A stretch of DNA of 30,351 nt from Acidimicrobiales bacterium (GCA_036501785.1 DASXZS010000224.1:1-30351); one strand, 5' to 3'. Positions 1-8,667 are shown, numbered from the stretch's first letter. Notes: generated by a model from the sequence alone, not told the origin. Numbers and translations are program-made.

Positions 1-1756
1 CCAGCACCAACGCCATCTCCAGCAGGTTGAGCGAGTACATGGCCATCCACGCGGTGCCGTCGGATTGCTCCAGCCGGCCGGCGATGGGCAGGGGCTTGGA
101 CCGGTCGAACAATCCGATGTTGTCGAGCCCGAGAAACCCGCCTTCGAACACGTTGTTGCCGGCTTCGTCCTTGCGGTTGACCCACCAGGTGAAGTTGAGC
201 ATCAGCTTGTGGAAGATCCGCTCCAGGAAGGCGAAGTCGGGGGTGGCGTCCTCGCCCCGGGCTGCCCGGGCGTGCCAGTCGATCTCGAAGACCCGCAGGG
301 CGGCCCAGGCGTGGACTGGAGGGTTGACGTCGCCGAAGTTCCACTCGTAGGCGGGCAGCTGGCCGTTGGGGTGCATGTACCACTCGCGGCAGAGCAGGAT
401 CAGCTGCCGCTTGGCGAAGTCGACGTCGAGGTGGGCGAGGGCGACGCAGTGAAAGGCCAGGTCCCACGCCGCGTACCACGGGTACTCCCAGGGGTCCGGC
501 ATGGAGATGACGTCCTCGTTGTCGAGGTGGATCCACGCCCCGTTGCGGACCTCTCCGCGCCCGGGCGGCGGCCGGGGCTGGGTGGGATCACCGGACAACC
601 ACCGGCTGACGTCGTAGTGGAAGTACTGCTTCGACCACAGCATGCCTGCCGCGGCCTGGCGGAGGACCCGGGCCTCGTCGGCGGTGGCGTCGTGCGGGCT
701 GAGGCCGGCGTAGTAGTGGTCCGCTTCCGCCTGCCGGTCGGCCACCACCTGGGTCCAGCCGGCCCGCAGATCGCCCTCGGCGGAGGTGGGGGTGGGTCGG
801 GCCCCTTCCCCGACTCGCCAGAACCGCAAGCGGATCTGGGCGGTGGCGCCGGCCGCGACCGTCAGGCGGTACCGCAGGGCAGCCTTGGTGCCCGTCTCCG
901 CGGGATTGACGGTGGCGCTCCCGGTGAGGAGGTGGTCGGCGATGCCATCCTTGGGGAAACGGGGGCCTTCGCTGCCGTAGAGCTTGGTCGTGTTGGTGAC
1001 GTTGTCGCAGAACAGGGCCTCGGGAGATCCCGCCCCTGCCAGCCGCCAGTGCCCGAGCTCGGGGTGGTCGACGGCGATCGTCGCCCCGTCGAGTCGGGAC
1101 AACTGGGGCGGGACGGCTCCCGGATCCCAGCTCCAGGTGTTGCGATACCAGATGGTCGGCAGGACGTCGATGGTGGCCTCGTCCGGCCCGGCGTTGTGCA
1201 CCTGCAGGTGCCACACCAGGTCCTCGGGGCCGCCTTTCGCCCAGGTGGCGGTCACCGCCCAGTAGCGATTTTCCGCGAAGACGCCCGTGTCGATCAGCTC
1301 GTACTCGGGATCGAGGCGGGTGCGGGCCCGATTGGTCTCGAGGAGGTCCTGGTAGGGGAAGGCCCGCTGCGGGTAGTGGTAGCGCCACTGCAGCCAGGAC
1401 GACGTCGGGGTGGCGTCCAGATACCACCAGTAGTCCTTGACGTCCTCGCCGTGGTTGCCCTGTGGGCCGGTCAGGCCGTAGGGGCGCTCCTTGAGGATGG
1501 GGTCGACGCCGTTCCAGAGGGCCACGGCCAGGCACAGCTGCTGGTCGGTGTCGCAGATCCCCCCCATGCCGTCCTCGCTCCAGCGGAAGGCCCGGGAGCC
1601 GGCGTGCTCGAACGGGAAGTACTCCCAGGCGTCCCCGCCGGCCGAGTAGTCCTCCCGCACCGTCCCCCAGGCCCGCTCCGAGAGATACGGCCCCCAGCGC
1701 CGCCACGGCAGGTCGCCCCGGTTGGCCTGGGCCAGCCGCTCCTGTTCGTCGTCCAT
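1..1756 (-). CDS. GH63/MGH1-like glucosidase (glycoside hydrolase), 3' end runs off the window
   Basis: Not in the ORF track because it has no stop in the window. Manual translation from ATG 1756: MDDEQERLAQANRGDLPWRRWGPYLSERAWGTVREDYS...GNHGEDVKDYWWYLDATPTSSW...SMPDPWEYPWYAAWDLAFH...GGFLGLDNIGLFDRS, typical of this family. Confidence 0.88.
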   Translation of the reverse strand, partial: MDDEQERLAQANRGDLPWRRWGPYLSERAWGTVREDYSAGGDAWEYFPFEHAGSRAFRWSEDGMGGICDTDQQLCLAVALWNGVDPILKERPYGLTGPQGNHGEDVKDYWWYLDATPTSSWLQWRYHYPQRAFPYQDLLETNRARTRLDPEYELIDTGVFAENRYWAVTATWAKGGPEDLVWHLQVHNAGPDEATIDVLPTIWYRNTWSWDPGAVPPQLSRLDGATIAVDHPELGHWRLAGAGSPEALFCDNVTNTTKLYGSEGPRFPKDGIADHLLTGSATVNPAETGTKAALRYRLTVAAGATAQIRLRFWRVGEGARPTPTSAEGDLRAGWTQVVADRQAEADHYYAGLSPHDATADEARVLRQAAAGMLWSKQYFHYDVSRWLSGDPTQPRPPPGRGEVRNGAWIHLDNEDVISMPDPWEYPWYAAWDLAFHCVALAHLDVDFAKRQLILLCREWYMHPNGQLPAYEWNFGDVNPPVHAWAALRVFEIDWHARAARGEDATPDFAFLERIFHKLMLNFTWWVNRKDEAGNNVFEGGFLGLDNIGLFDRSKPLPIAGRLEQSDGTAWMAMYSLNLLEMALVL

Positions 1757-1765
1757 GGGCCCCAT

Positions 1766-1796
1766 GCTGTCAGGTGCACTGCTGTCCGGTGCACTG
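1766..1796. repeat. 15-bp tandem duplication (GCTGTCAGGTGCACT / GCTGTCCGGTGCACT)
   Basis: Two adjacent units with one mismatch, just upstream of the GH63 start. Confidence 0.8.
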
Positions 1797-1816
1797 GGCC
1801 CGGCATCCGCCCCGAC

Positions 1817-1837
1817 CTTGAGTGCCAGGGGAACAAG
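1817..1837. promoter_or_regulatory. Possible HAIR (HspR operator)-like site upstream of lon
   Basis: CTTGAGT-N7-GAACAAG versus consensus CTTGAGT-N7-ACTCAAG (11/14). Further half-sites CCTGAGT at 1858-1864 and ACTCAGG at 1889-1895. Confidence 0.45.
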
Positions 1838-1902
1838 TTTGCTTCTACCATCGTTATCCTGAGTCCAGTTACACGATTACACCCACGAACTCAGGGGTTG
1901 CC

Positions 1903-4269
1903 ATGTCACCGATTGCTACTGCCGCTCTCCCGCTGCTCCCGCTCGACGCCGGGGTCGTCCTTCCCGGCATGACCATCACTTTGGCCCTGGAGACGCCGGA
2001 GGCGCGCGCCGCCGTGGAGGCGGCCAGCGGGGCCGGAAACCGGCTGGTCCTGGTGCCGCGGCTGGGCCGGACCACCGGTCCGGACGCCAGCAGCGGCCGG
2101 TTCGCCCGGGTGGGGGCCGTCGCCAATGTAGAGCGGTCGGGGGCGCTTCCGGGCGGGACGCCCGCGGTCGTCGTGCAGGCCCTGGACCGCGCCACCATCG
2201 GCGCCGCCACCGCGGCCGCCGGGACGGCCTTGTGGGTCAACGTGGAGGTCGTCGACGAGGCCTCTGCCAGTGAGAAGGCCGTCGAGTCGGCTCGCGAGTT
2301 GCGGGCGGTGTTCGAGGCCATTGCGGAGCACCGCGGCGTCAGCCGGCTCGGCGACGTCCTGCGCGGCGTGACCGATCCGGGCCGCCTGGCCGACACTGCT
2401 GGCTACTGGCCGGAGTTGTCGGTCGAGCGCAAGGTGGAGTTGCTCGAGACCCTGGACCCGGGTCGGCGAGTGGAGTTGGTGCTGGCGTGGGGGCGCGAGG
2501 CCCTGGCCGAGTTGGAGCTCAAGGATCGCATCCGCTCCGACGTCGCCGAAGGGATGGAGCGCACCCAGCGCGAGTACTTGCTGCGCCAGCAGCTGGCCGC
2601 TATCCGCAAGGAGCTGGGCGAGCCAGGCGACGATGAGAACGGCGGCGATTACCGCAGCCGCCTCGAGGCACTGGTCGTCGACGATGCCACCCGCACCGCC
2701 ATCGGCCGGGAGATCGACAAGCTGGAGCGCACCAGCGAGCAGAGCCCAGAGCACGGCTGGATCCGGACCTGGCTCGACACCGTGTTCGAGCTGCCGTGGG
2801 GCGTGCGGTCCGAGGAACGCCTCGACGTCACCGAGGCGCGCGCCGTCCTCGACGCCGACCACACCGGACTTGACGACGTCAAGGATCGCATCATCGAGCA
2901 TCTCGCCGTGCGCAAGCTGCGCGTCGAGCGCCAGCTGGATGCCGAGCCGACCAATGCGCGCGGCCGAGGCACCGGCGGCATGATCTTGACGCTGGTCGGT
3001 CCTCCTGGTGTGGGCAAGACCTCGCTGGGCGAGTCGGTGGCGCGCGCCATGGGCCGGTCCTTCGTGAGGGTCGCCCTTGGCGGCGTGCACGACGAGGCCG
3101 AGATCCGCGGTCACCGGCGCACCTATGTCGGCGCCTTGCCGGGTCGCATCGTGCGGGCGATCAAGGACGCCGGGACCCTCAACCCCGTCATCCTGCTCGA
3201 CGAGGTGGACAAGCTGGGCAGTGACTGGCGGGGCGACCCGTCGTCCGCGCTGCTGGAAGTCCTGGACCCGGCGCAGAACCACACCTTCCGCGACCACTAT
3301 CTCGATCTCGAGCTCGACCTGTCGGACGTGCTGTTCCTAGCCACGGCCAACACCGCCGAGCAGATCCCCGGACCGCTGTACGACCGCATGGAAGTGGTGC
3401 GCCTCGACGGCTACACCGAGGATGAGAAGGTGGCCATCGCCCGTGACCACCTGCTGCCTCGCCAGTGGGCTCGCGCCGGTTTGCTTGACGGCGAAGTTGT
3501 CGTCACTGACGCGGCCCTACGCGCCGTGCTGTCCGGCTATACCCGAGAGGCCGGCGTGCGTAGCCTCGAACGGGAATTGGCTCGACTGCTCCGCAAGGCC
3601 GCGGCCAAGGTCGCCGCGGGTGAGGCGGCTATGCCGCTGGTCGTCGATGCTGACGACGTGGCCCAATGGTTGGGCCGGCCCCGTCACTACTTCGAGGTCG
3701 CCGAGCGCACCTCGGTGCCCGGGGTGGCCACCGGTCTGGCGGTGACCGGAGTGGGCGGCGACGTCCTCTTCGTCGAAGCCAGTGCGGCCAACGGCGAGTC
3801 GGGCCTGACGATCACCGGCCAACTGGGCGAGGTGATGCAGGAGTCGGCGCAGATCGCCCTGTCATACGTGCGAGCCCACGCCGCGGCGTTGGGGATCGCG
3901 GCTGATGCATTCGATCATCGGCGCATCCACGTGCACGTGCCCGCGGGTGCCATCCCCAAGGACGGGCCATCGGCTGGTGTCACCTTGACGACCGCGTTGG
4001 TGAGCCTTCTGACTGGTCGGCCGGTTCGTCCCGAGGTGGGTATGACTGGAGAGATCACCTTGCAAGGCAAGGTGCTGCCGATCGGCGGCGTCAAGCAGAA
4101 AGTATTGGCCGCCCATCGGGCCGGACTGACCGAAGTGATCCTTCCGGCTCGCAACGCCGCGGACCTCGATGACGTCCCCGAAGCCGTCAGAGAGCAGATG
4201 ACGTTCCATCTGGCGGCAGAAATCGGCGAGGTCCTCGAATCGGCTCTCAAGTCAGAAATCCTTGTGTAG
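1903..4269 (+). CDS. lon: Lon protease (endopeptidase La)
   Basis: LON N-domain, Walker A GPPGVGKT, Walker B ILLDEVDK, catalytic DGPSAG Ser and IGGVKQK Lys. ATG 1903 ([14 protein letters not shown]) preferred over the track start. Confidence 0.97.
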   Translation: MSPIATAALPLLPLDAGVVLPGMTITLALETPEARAAVEAASGAGNRLVLVPRLGRTTGPDASSGRFARVGAVANVERSGALPGGTPAVVVQALDRATIGAATAAAGTALWVNVEVVDEASASEKAVESARELRAVFEAIAEHRGVSRLGDVLRGVTDPGRLADTAGYWPELSVERKVELLETLDPGRRVELVLAWGREALAELELKDRIRSDVAEGMERTQREYLLRQQLAAIRKELGEPGDDENGGDYRSRLEALVVDDATRTAIGREIDKLERTSEQSPEHGWIRTWLDTVFELPWGVRSEERLDVTEARAVLDADHTGLDDVKDRIIEHLAVRKLRVERQLDAEPTNARGRGTGGMILTLVGPPGVGKTSLGESVARAMGRSFVRVALGGVHDEAEIRGHRRTYVGALPGRIVRAIKDAGTLNPVILLDEVDKLGSDWRGDPSSALLEVLDPAQNHTFRDHYLDLELDLSDVLFLATANTAEQIPGPLYDRMEVVRLDGYTEDEKVAIARDHLLPRQWARAGLLDGEVVVTDAALRAVLSGYTREAGVRSLERELARLLRKAAAKVAAGEAAMPLVVDADDVAQWLGRPRHYFEVAERTSVPGVATGLAVTGVGGDVLFVEASAANGESGLTITGQLGEVMQESAQIALSYVRAHAAALGIAADAFDHRRIHVHVPAGAIPKDGPSAGVTLTTALVSLLTGRPVRPEVGMTGEITLQGKVLPIGGVKQKVLAAHRAGLTEVILPARNAADLDDVPEAVREQMTFHLAAEIGEVLESALKSEILV

Positions 4270-4358
4270 CAAGGGAATTTTCGGCCTATTGGCTCGAAAG
4301 CCCTTGTTGTGCAAGGGAAATGCTTGACCTGCAGCCCGAAAACCTCTTGTATATCAGG
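4260..4358. promoter_or_regulatory. Array of CTTG-N5-CAAG-type palindromes and a stem-loop between lon and hup
   Basis: CCTTG-TGTAG-CAAGG (4260-4274), CCCTTG-TTGTG-CAAGGG (4301-4317), CTTG-TATAT-CAGG (4346-4358), and degenerate CTTG-ACCTG-CAGC (4323-4335) overlapping a -35-like TTGACC. Confidence 0.55.
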
Positions 4359-4388
4359 GAACTTCCCCAAACGCGCCAGGAGGTGGCG

Positions 4389-4799
4389 GTGAACAGGACA
4401 GAGCTGGTCGAAGCAGTCGCTCATAAGACTGGTCTCGACAAGAAACAAGCAGAGGCAGCCGTGGGTGCCGTAGCGGAATCGGTCGTGGCCGAGACCAAAG
4501 CCGGCAATCGGGTGGCGATCTTCGGTTTCGGGACCTTCTCGCCGAGTGCGCGAGCGGCCCGCATGGGGCGTAATCCCCAGACCGGGGCGCCCGTGAGGAT
4601 TTCCGCCTCGAGGAGCGTTCGCTTCGCGCCCGCGTCGGCCTTCAAGGAGGCCCTCAACAGTCGGGGCAAGGCTGCGGCGGCCAAGAAGGCCGCGCCGGCG
4701 AAGAAGACCGCCGCAGCCAAGAAAGCACCGGCCAAGAAATCTGCCGGCAAGAAGGCTGCTCCCGCCAAGAGGGCCACCAAGGCCGCCAAGAAGCGCTGA
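4389..4799 (+). CDS. hup: HU family DNA-binding protein with Lys/Ala/Pro-rich (PAKK) C-terminal tail
   Basis: RBS AGGAGGT at 4378-4384, GTG start, MNRTELVEAVA...VAIFGFGTF...GRNPQTG HU signature, then about 45 aa of AAKKAAPAKK repeats. Confidence 0.95.
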   Translation: MNRTELVEAVAHKTGLDKKQAEAAVGAVAESVVAETKAGNRVAIFGFGTFSPSARAARMGRNPQTGAPVRISASRSVRFAPASAFKEALNSRGKAAAAKKAAPAKKTAAAKKAPAKKSAGKKAAPAKRATKAAKKR

Positions 4800-4810
4800 G
4801 AGAAGGGGAC

Positions 4811-5368
4811 ATGAGCCCAGTCAAGAAGACCGCTCCTGCGGCCAAGAAGGCCCCGGCGAAGAAAGCCGCCTCGTCGAAGAAGGCTGCGTCCGCCAACAAG
4901 GCCGTGACCAAGAAGGCCGCGCCGGCGAAGCGCACCGCGACCGTCAAGAAGACCGTAGCCAAGAAGACGGCGGCGGTGAGGAAGACGGTGGCCAAGAAGA
5001 CCGCGGTCGCCAAGAGGACCGTGGCCAAGAAGGCTCCGCCGGTCAAGAAGTCGGTGGCCAGGAAGACCGTGGCCAGGAAGACCGCGGCCAAGAAGGCGCC
5101 CGCCAGGAAGACCGTGGCCAAGAAGACCGCGATCAAGAAGACCGCGGCGGCCCGCAAGACCGTGGCGCGGAAGGTGCCGGCCCGGAAGGCTGGGCCCGCC
5201 AAGAAGGCTGGGCTGGCCAAGAAGGCTGGGCCGGCCAAGAAGATTGTGGCCAAGAAGACCGTGGCGGCGCGCCAGACTGCGCCGGTTCGCAAAGCCGCGG
5301 TGCGCCCGACCGCACCGGTCGCCAAGCGCGTGGTCACCCGTCGGGCTGCACCCGCCAAGAAGGCCTAG
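4811..5368 (+). CDS. Histone H1/Hc2-like highly basic low-complexity protein (185 aa)
   Basis: RBS AAGGGG 11 bp after the hup stop. By my count 48 Lys and 15 Arg, no Asp/Glu, no aromatics. KTVAKK/KTVARK/PAKK repeats, GC3-rich codons, followed by a terminator hairpin. Confidence 0.85.
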   Translation: MSPVKKTAPAAKKAPAKKAASSKKAASANKAVTKKAAPAKRTATVKKTVAKKTAAVRKTVAKKTAVAKRTVAKKAPPVKKSVARKTVARKTAAKKAPARKTVAKKTAIKKTAAARKTVARKVPARKAGPAKKAGLAKKAGPAKKIVAKKTVAARQTAPVRKAAVRPTAPVAKRVVTRRAAPAKKA

Positions 5369-5369
5369 C

Positions 5370-5397
5370 GGCCCGCCCGCTGTACGGCGGGCGGGCC
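5370..5397. terminator. Probable bidirectional terminator hairpin
   Basis: Perfect 11-bp stem GGCCCGCCCGC / GCGGGCGGGCC with a 6-nt loop between convergent stop codons. Confidence 0.8.
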
Positions 5398-6167
5398 TAC
5401 AAGTCCCGCAGGGCCTTGAAGGATTCGGCGGTGCGGAGGCCCGCTGGGGTTGCGGCGCGGGCGTGGTGCGACTGCAGCCGGGCGACGAACGCCGACAGCG
5501 CTTCGGCGTCGGGCTCGTCCGCGTCGGTGATGTGCATCGTCGATCGGAACTGGCTGCGGTGGGCGAGGAGCGCATCCAGTTTGCGTTGCTCGAACCCGGC
5601 GATGTTCTCGACGTGATCGGGCTCGTCGGCTTCCCATAGCAACAGGGCGTCGGGCCGGTGCGGGGCTTCGTCCTGTTCCGGGTAGAAGTGCGGATCGCGT
5701 GCGGCCACGATGCCGTCGGTGGCGAGAAAGCCCGCGTGGCGGTGGTCGGGATGGAGCCGGTAGCGCTTCCATGGGTCATGGCCGAGCACCACGTCGGGAC
5801 GGACCCGCCGAATGCACAGGGCGACCTCGCCGCGCTGGCGGAGCCCGGATTCCAACTCGCCGTCGGGCCAGCCGAGGAAGGTCACGTCTCCGTGGCCGCC
5901 GAGCCGGCGCGACGCCAGGCGTTGTTCCTCTTGGCGGGTCGAGACCAATCTCGCCGGATCCTGGGCCGGGTCCCACGAGCCCTTGGCGCCGTCGGTGCAG
6001 ACCAGATGGTGGATCCGGCATCCGCCCGCGGCCCACTTGGCCAACGTGCCTCCGCAGCCGAATTCGATGTCATCCGGATGGGCGCCGATGGCCAGGGCCA
6101 CCGCCGGCACCGGCAAGTCGACCGACGGCGCGGCGAGGGCCGCCCCGGGCCCGATGGGGTCGGTCAT
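5397..6167 (-). CDS. PIG-L/LmbE family deacetylase
   Basis: AHPDD and HPDH zinc motifs, VCTDG. ATG 6167 overlaps the cofC stop (ATGA). Confidence 0.92.
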   Translation of the reverse strand: MTDPIGPGAALAAPSVDLPVPAVALAIGAHPDDIEFGCGGTLAKWAAGGCRIHHLVCTDGAKGSWDPAQDPARLVSTRQEEQRLASRRLGGHGDVTFLGWPDGELESGLRQRGEVALCIRRVRPDVVLGHDPWKRYRLHPDHRHAGFLATDGIVAARDPHFYPEQDEAPHRPDALLLWEADEPDHVENIAGFEQRKLDALLAHRSQFRSTMHITDADEPDAEALSAFVARLQSHHARAATPAGLRTAESFKALRDL

Positions 6168-6769
6168 CCAGTGATGGCGGCGAGGTCGTCGGGCACGTCG
6201 ACGTCCCACGCCAGCGGCGACGAGCGAACCACCCGGATGGGCAGCCCCAAGCGCCGGGCCTCGTCGAGGTGGCGGGCAAACGACCCGGGCCCATACGAGA
6301 AGGCAAAGCCCGCCTCCGTCGGCACGGCCAGGACATTGGTGCCGTCGCGGCGCCGGTCGGGGACGATTGTCACGCCCGGGAAGTGCGTGACCCAGCGCAG
6401 GTCGGTGGCGAGCGGCAGGTCGCCCGCGGCCACTACCACCAGCCGGGCGCCGGCCGCCCCCAGCCGCGTCACCCCCTCTTGCACCGCCCCGTTGAGCCCT
6501 CGTCCCGGTTCCCAGATCACCAGGGCCCCCAGGTCTCGCGCCCAGCCGGCGACTTCGGCGTCGTCGCACACCACGGCCACCGGTAGCCCGGCGGCGGACG
6601 CCACCACCCGGGTGGCCATCTGTTGGGCGAGCGCGGCGCGTGCGGGGGCGGACAGGGCCGGCGCCAAGCGCAGCTTGGCTTGGCGGAAGGCTTTGACCGG
6701 TATCAGGACCGCTTCTCGACCGAACCACCCGCCCGCGGTCTGGCCGTAGGGCGGCACGGCGGCGGGCAT
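6164..6769 (-). CDS. cofC: 2-phospho-L-lactate/PEP guanylyltransferase (coenzyme F420 biosynthesis, CofC/FbiD)
   Basis: LIPVKAFRQAKLRLA, GRGLNGAV, GDLP, DGTN, YGPGSFARH, WDVDVPDDL motifs. TAGGAT -10 lies 6 nt before the ATG. Confidence 0.92.
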   Translation of the reverse strand: MPAAVPPYGQTAGGWFGREAVLIPVKAFRQAKLRLAPALSAPARAALAQQMATRVVASAAGLPVAVVCDDAEVAGWARDLGALVIWEPGRGLNGAVQEGVTRLGAAGARLVVVAAGDLPLATDLRWVTHFPGVTIVPDRRRDGTNVLAVPTEAGFAFSYGPGSFARHLDEARRLGLPIRVVRSSPLAWDVDVPDDLAAITG

Positions 6770-6804
6770 GGCCGCATCCTATGGCGGCGGCCGCAGACAA
6801 CTGA

Positions 6805-6823
6805 CCGTGACATGACGTCACGG
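6805..6823. promoter_or_regulatory. Perfect inverted repeat in the cofC / rpiB-like divergent promoter (possible operator)
   Basis: CCGTGAC-ATGAC-GTCACGG, directly abutting the TAGGCT -10 (6824-6829). Confidence 0.45.
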
Positions 6824-6836
6824 TAGGCTCCGCGCT

Positions 6837-7244
6837 GTGCGAGTGGCTTTCGGCACCGACGAGCAGACGTCGCTCACGGCTGCGGTCGCGGCGCGGCTGG
6901 CGATGGCCGGGCACCGGGTCGACGTGCTTGCCGACCCCGCGCCGTGGCCGGAGGTGGGCCGCGTCGTGGGCGAGGCGGTGGCATCGGGGCAGGCCGAACG
7001 GGGCGTGGTGTGCTGCTGGACTGGGACGGGCGTGTCGATCGCCGCCAACAAGGTGCCCGGTGTGCGCGCCGCCTTGTGCGTCGACGCCGAAACGGCGCGC
7101 GGCGCCCGCCGCTGGAACGACGCCAACGTCTTGGCCCTCAGCCTTCGCCTCACCAGTGAGCAGATAGCCGACGAGATCGTCCGGGCTTTTCTGGACACCG
7201 ATCCCGATCCGGGCGAAGCGGGCCTCATCGCCGGCATTCCATGA
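6837..7244 (+). CDS. RpiB/LacA/LacB family sugar-phosphate isomerase (divergent)
   Basis: CWTGTGVSIAANKVPGVRAAL and WNDANVLAL motifs. Confidence 0.88.
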   Translation: MRVAFGTDEQTSLTAAVAARLAMAGHRVDVLADPAPWPEVGRVVGEAVASGQAERGVVCCWTGTGVSIAANKVPGVRAALCVDAETARGARRWNDANVLALSLRLTSEQIADEIVRAFLDTDPDPGEAGLIAGIP

Positions 7245-7978
7245 TGCGACGGCTGTACCCCACCGCGGCGGACATCGCCGACACCGAGGCTCTCGAAGGC
7301 GAGTACCTGCACCCGGCCGGCCGTCACGTGCGGGCGAACTTCGTGACGTCCATCGACGGCATGGTCGAGGTCGGCGGTCGCAGTTCGCCGCTCAGCGGGC
7401 CGGCCGACCGGGACACGTTCATGGCCATGCGGGCCGTCGCCGACGTGATTCTGGTCGGGGCCGGCACCGTGCGGGAGGAACGATACGGGCCGGTTCGCCT
7501 GGAACCGGCAGTCGAGGACCGCCGGCGGTCGCGTGACCAGGCGCCGATCCCGCCGCTGGCCATCGTCAGCAACCGGGCGGATCTGGACCCAGCGGCACGG
7601 GTGTTCGCCGGGGACAGCAAGCCGTTGCTGCTGACCACCGACGCGGGCGCGGCCGCCCATCCGGATCTGGCCGGCGTCGCGGAGGTCGTGGTGTGCGGCG
7701 ATCAGTGGGTCGAATTGGCGGTGGCGGTCGGCGCCCTCGTGGATCGCGGTCTCACCCGGGTGCTTTGCGAAGGCGGGCCGACGTTGCTGCGCTCGCTCAT
7801 CGGCTCCGACCTGCTCGACGAACTGTGCTGGACGGTTGCGCCGCGGTTGGTGGGAATCGGGCATCGCAACCTACTCGGCGACCAGGTGTTGCCGGACCCG
7901 ATCACGCTGCGCTTGGACCGCCTCTACGAGGGCGACGGGGCGCTGCTCACCCGCTACGCCTGTCGGAGCGAACCATGA
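7241..7978 (+). CDS. RibD C-terminal-like pyrimidine reductase / dihydrofolate reductase family protein
   Basis: RANFVTSIDG, DVILVGAGTVREERY, LCEGGPTL, LDELCWTVAP. Confidence 0.9.
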   Translation: MMRRLYPTAADIADTEALEGEYLHPAGRHVRANFVTSIDGMVEVGGRSSPLSGPADRDTFMAMRAVADVILVGAGTVREERYGPVRLEPAVEDRRRSRDQAPIPPLAIVSNRADLDPAARVFAGDSKPLLLTTDAGAAAHPDLAGVAEVVVCGDQWVELAVAVGALVDRGLTRVLCEGGPTLLRSLIGSDLLDELCWTVAPRLVGIGHRNLLGDQVLPDPITLRLDRLYEGDGALLTRYACRSEP

Positions 7979-8667
7979 GCCGCGCCCCCTCCTTGACGGT
8001 CGAGCGGGGGTTGTGGGAAGCGGGCTACCAGGTCGTCGTCGGCGTCGACGAAGTCGGCCGCGGCTCGTGGGCCGGCCCCATCATGGTTGGCGCCGCCGTG
8101 CTGCCGCGGAGCCGGCGGGTGTACCGGGTGCGCGACTCCAAGATGCTGCGCGAGCCGGAGCGAGAACGGCTCTTCGACCGGCTGGCCGACTGGTGCCAGA
8201 CGTGGGCGGTGGGGTCGGCGTCACAGGAGGAGTGCGATGAGATCGGCATGTCCGAAGCACAGCGCCGGGCCGCCCACCGGGCCATCGAGGGCCTGGGGGT
8301 GAGACCCGACCAGGTGCTTGTCGACGGCAATTGGGACTTCGTCGGCCTGGGGTGCACCCAGCGCCTCGTCAAGGGCGACGCTACCTGCCTGTCGATCGCC
8401 ACCGCGTCGATCCTGGCCAAGGTCACCCGGGATCGGTTCATGCGAGCCGAGGCCGAGCACTACCCCGGCTACGAGTTCGACGCCAACAAGGGGTACCCGT
8501 GCCCTCGCCACAAGATGGCGTTGCACGCCTACGGGCCTTCGGCGATCCACCGCCGCACCTGGATCTTCATGGAACACCTGGTGTGGGGTGTGGCCGGGGC
8601 CCGCGCTGCGCCTCGGCCCTGGTTGCCGGCCGACGAGACCGGCGACGAGCTCACCCTTTTCACCTAG
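7975..8667 (+). CDS. rnhB: Ribonuclease HII
   Basis: GVDEVGRG..AGP, RDSKML, LVDGN, KGDATCLSIATASILAKVTRD. ATG 7975 overlaps the upstream stop. Confidence 0.95.
   Translation: MSRAPSLTVERGLWEAGYQVVVGVDEVGRGSWAGPIMVGAAVLPRSRRVYRVRDSKMLREPERERLFDRLADWCQTWAVGSASQEECDEIGMSEAQRRAAHRAIEGLGVRPDQVLVDGNWDFVGLGCTQRLVKGDATCLSIATASILAKVTRDRFMRAEAEHYPGYEFDANKGYPCPRHKMALHAYGPSAIHRRTWIFMEHLVWGVAGARAAPRPWLPADETGDELTLFT

Noticed and set aside
65-1972. 635-aa plus-strand ORF, and many other long overlapping ORFs in the track (e.g. 588-1706, 4421-5779, 8331-10091, 21867-24014, 24608-26257, 28720-30321)
   Set aside because: Shadow ORFs antisense to, or frame-shifted over, well-supported genes. They are expected in high-GC DNA and show no recognisable motifs.
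4654-5358. Hydrophobic AVFLATVFL-repeat ORF on the minus strand
   Set aside because: It is simply the antisense reading of the Lys/Ala-repeat H1-like gene (AAG read as CTT, etc.), with no RBS or promoter support.
4811-5368. Repeats in the H1-like gene considered as a CRISPR array or non-coding repeat
   Set aside because: Units are degenerate, codon-phased and have no unique spacers, so they are coding repeats.
8664-8667. Convergent genes sharing a CTAG double stop (also at 24836-24839)
   Set aside because: A common compact-genome overlap with no further signal.
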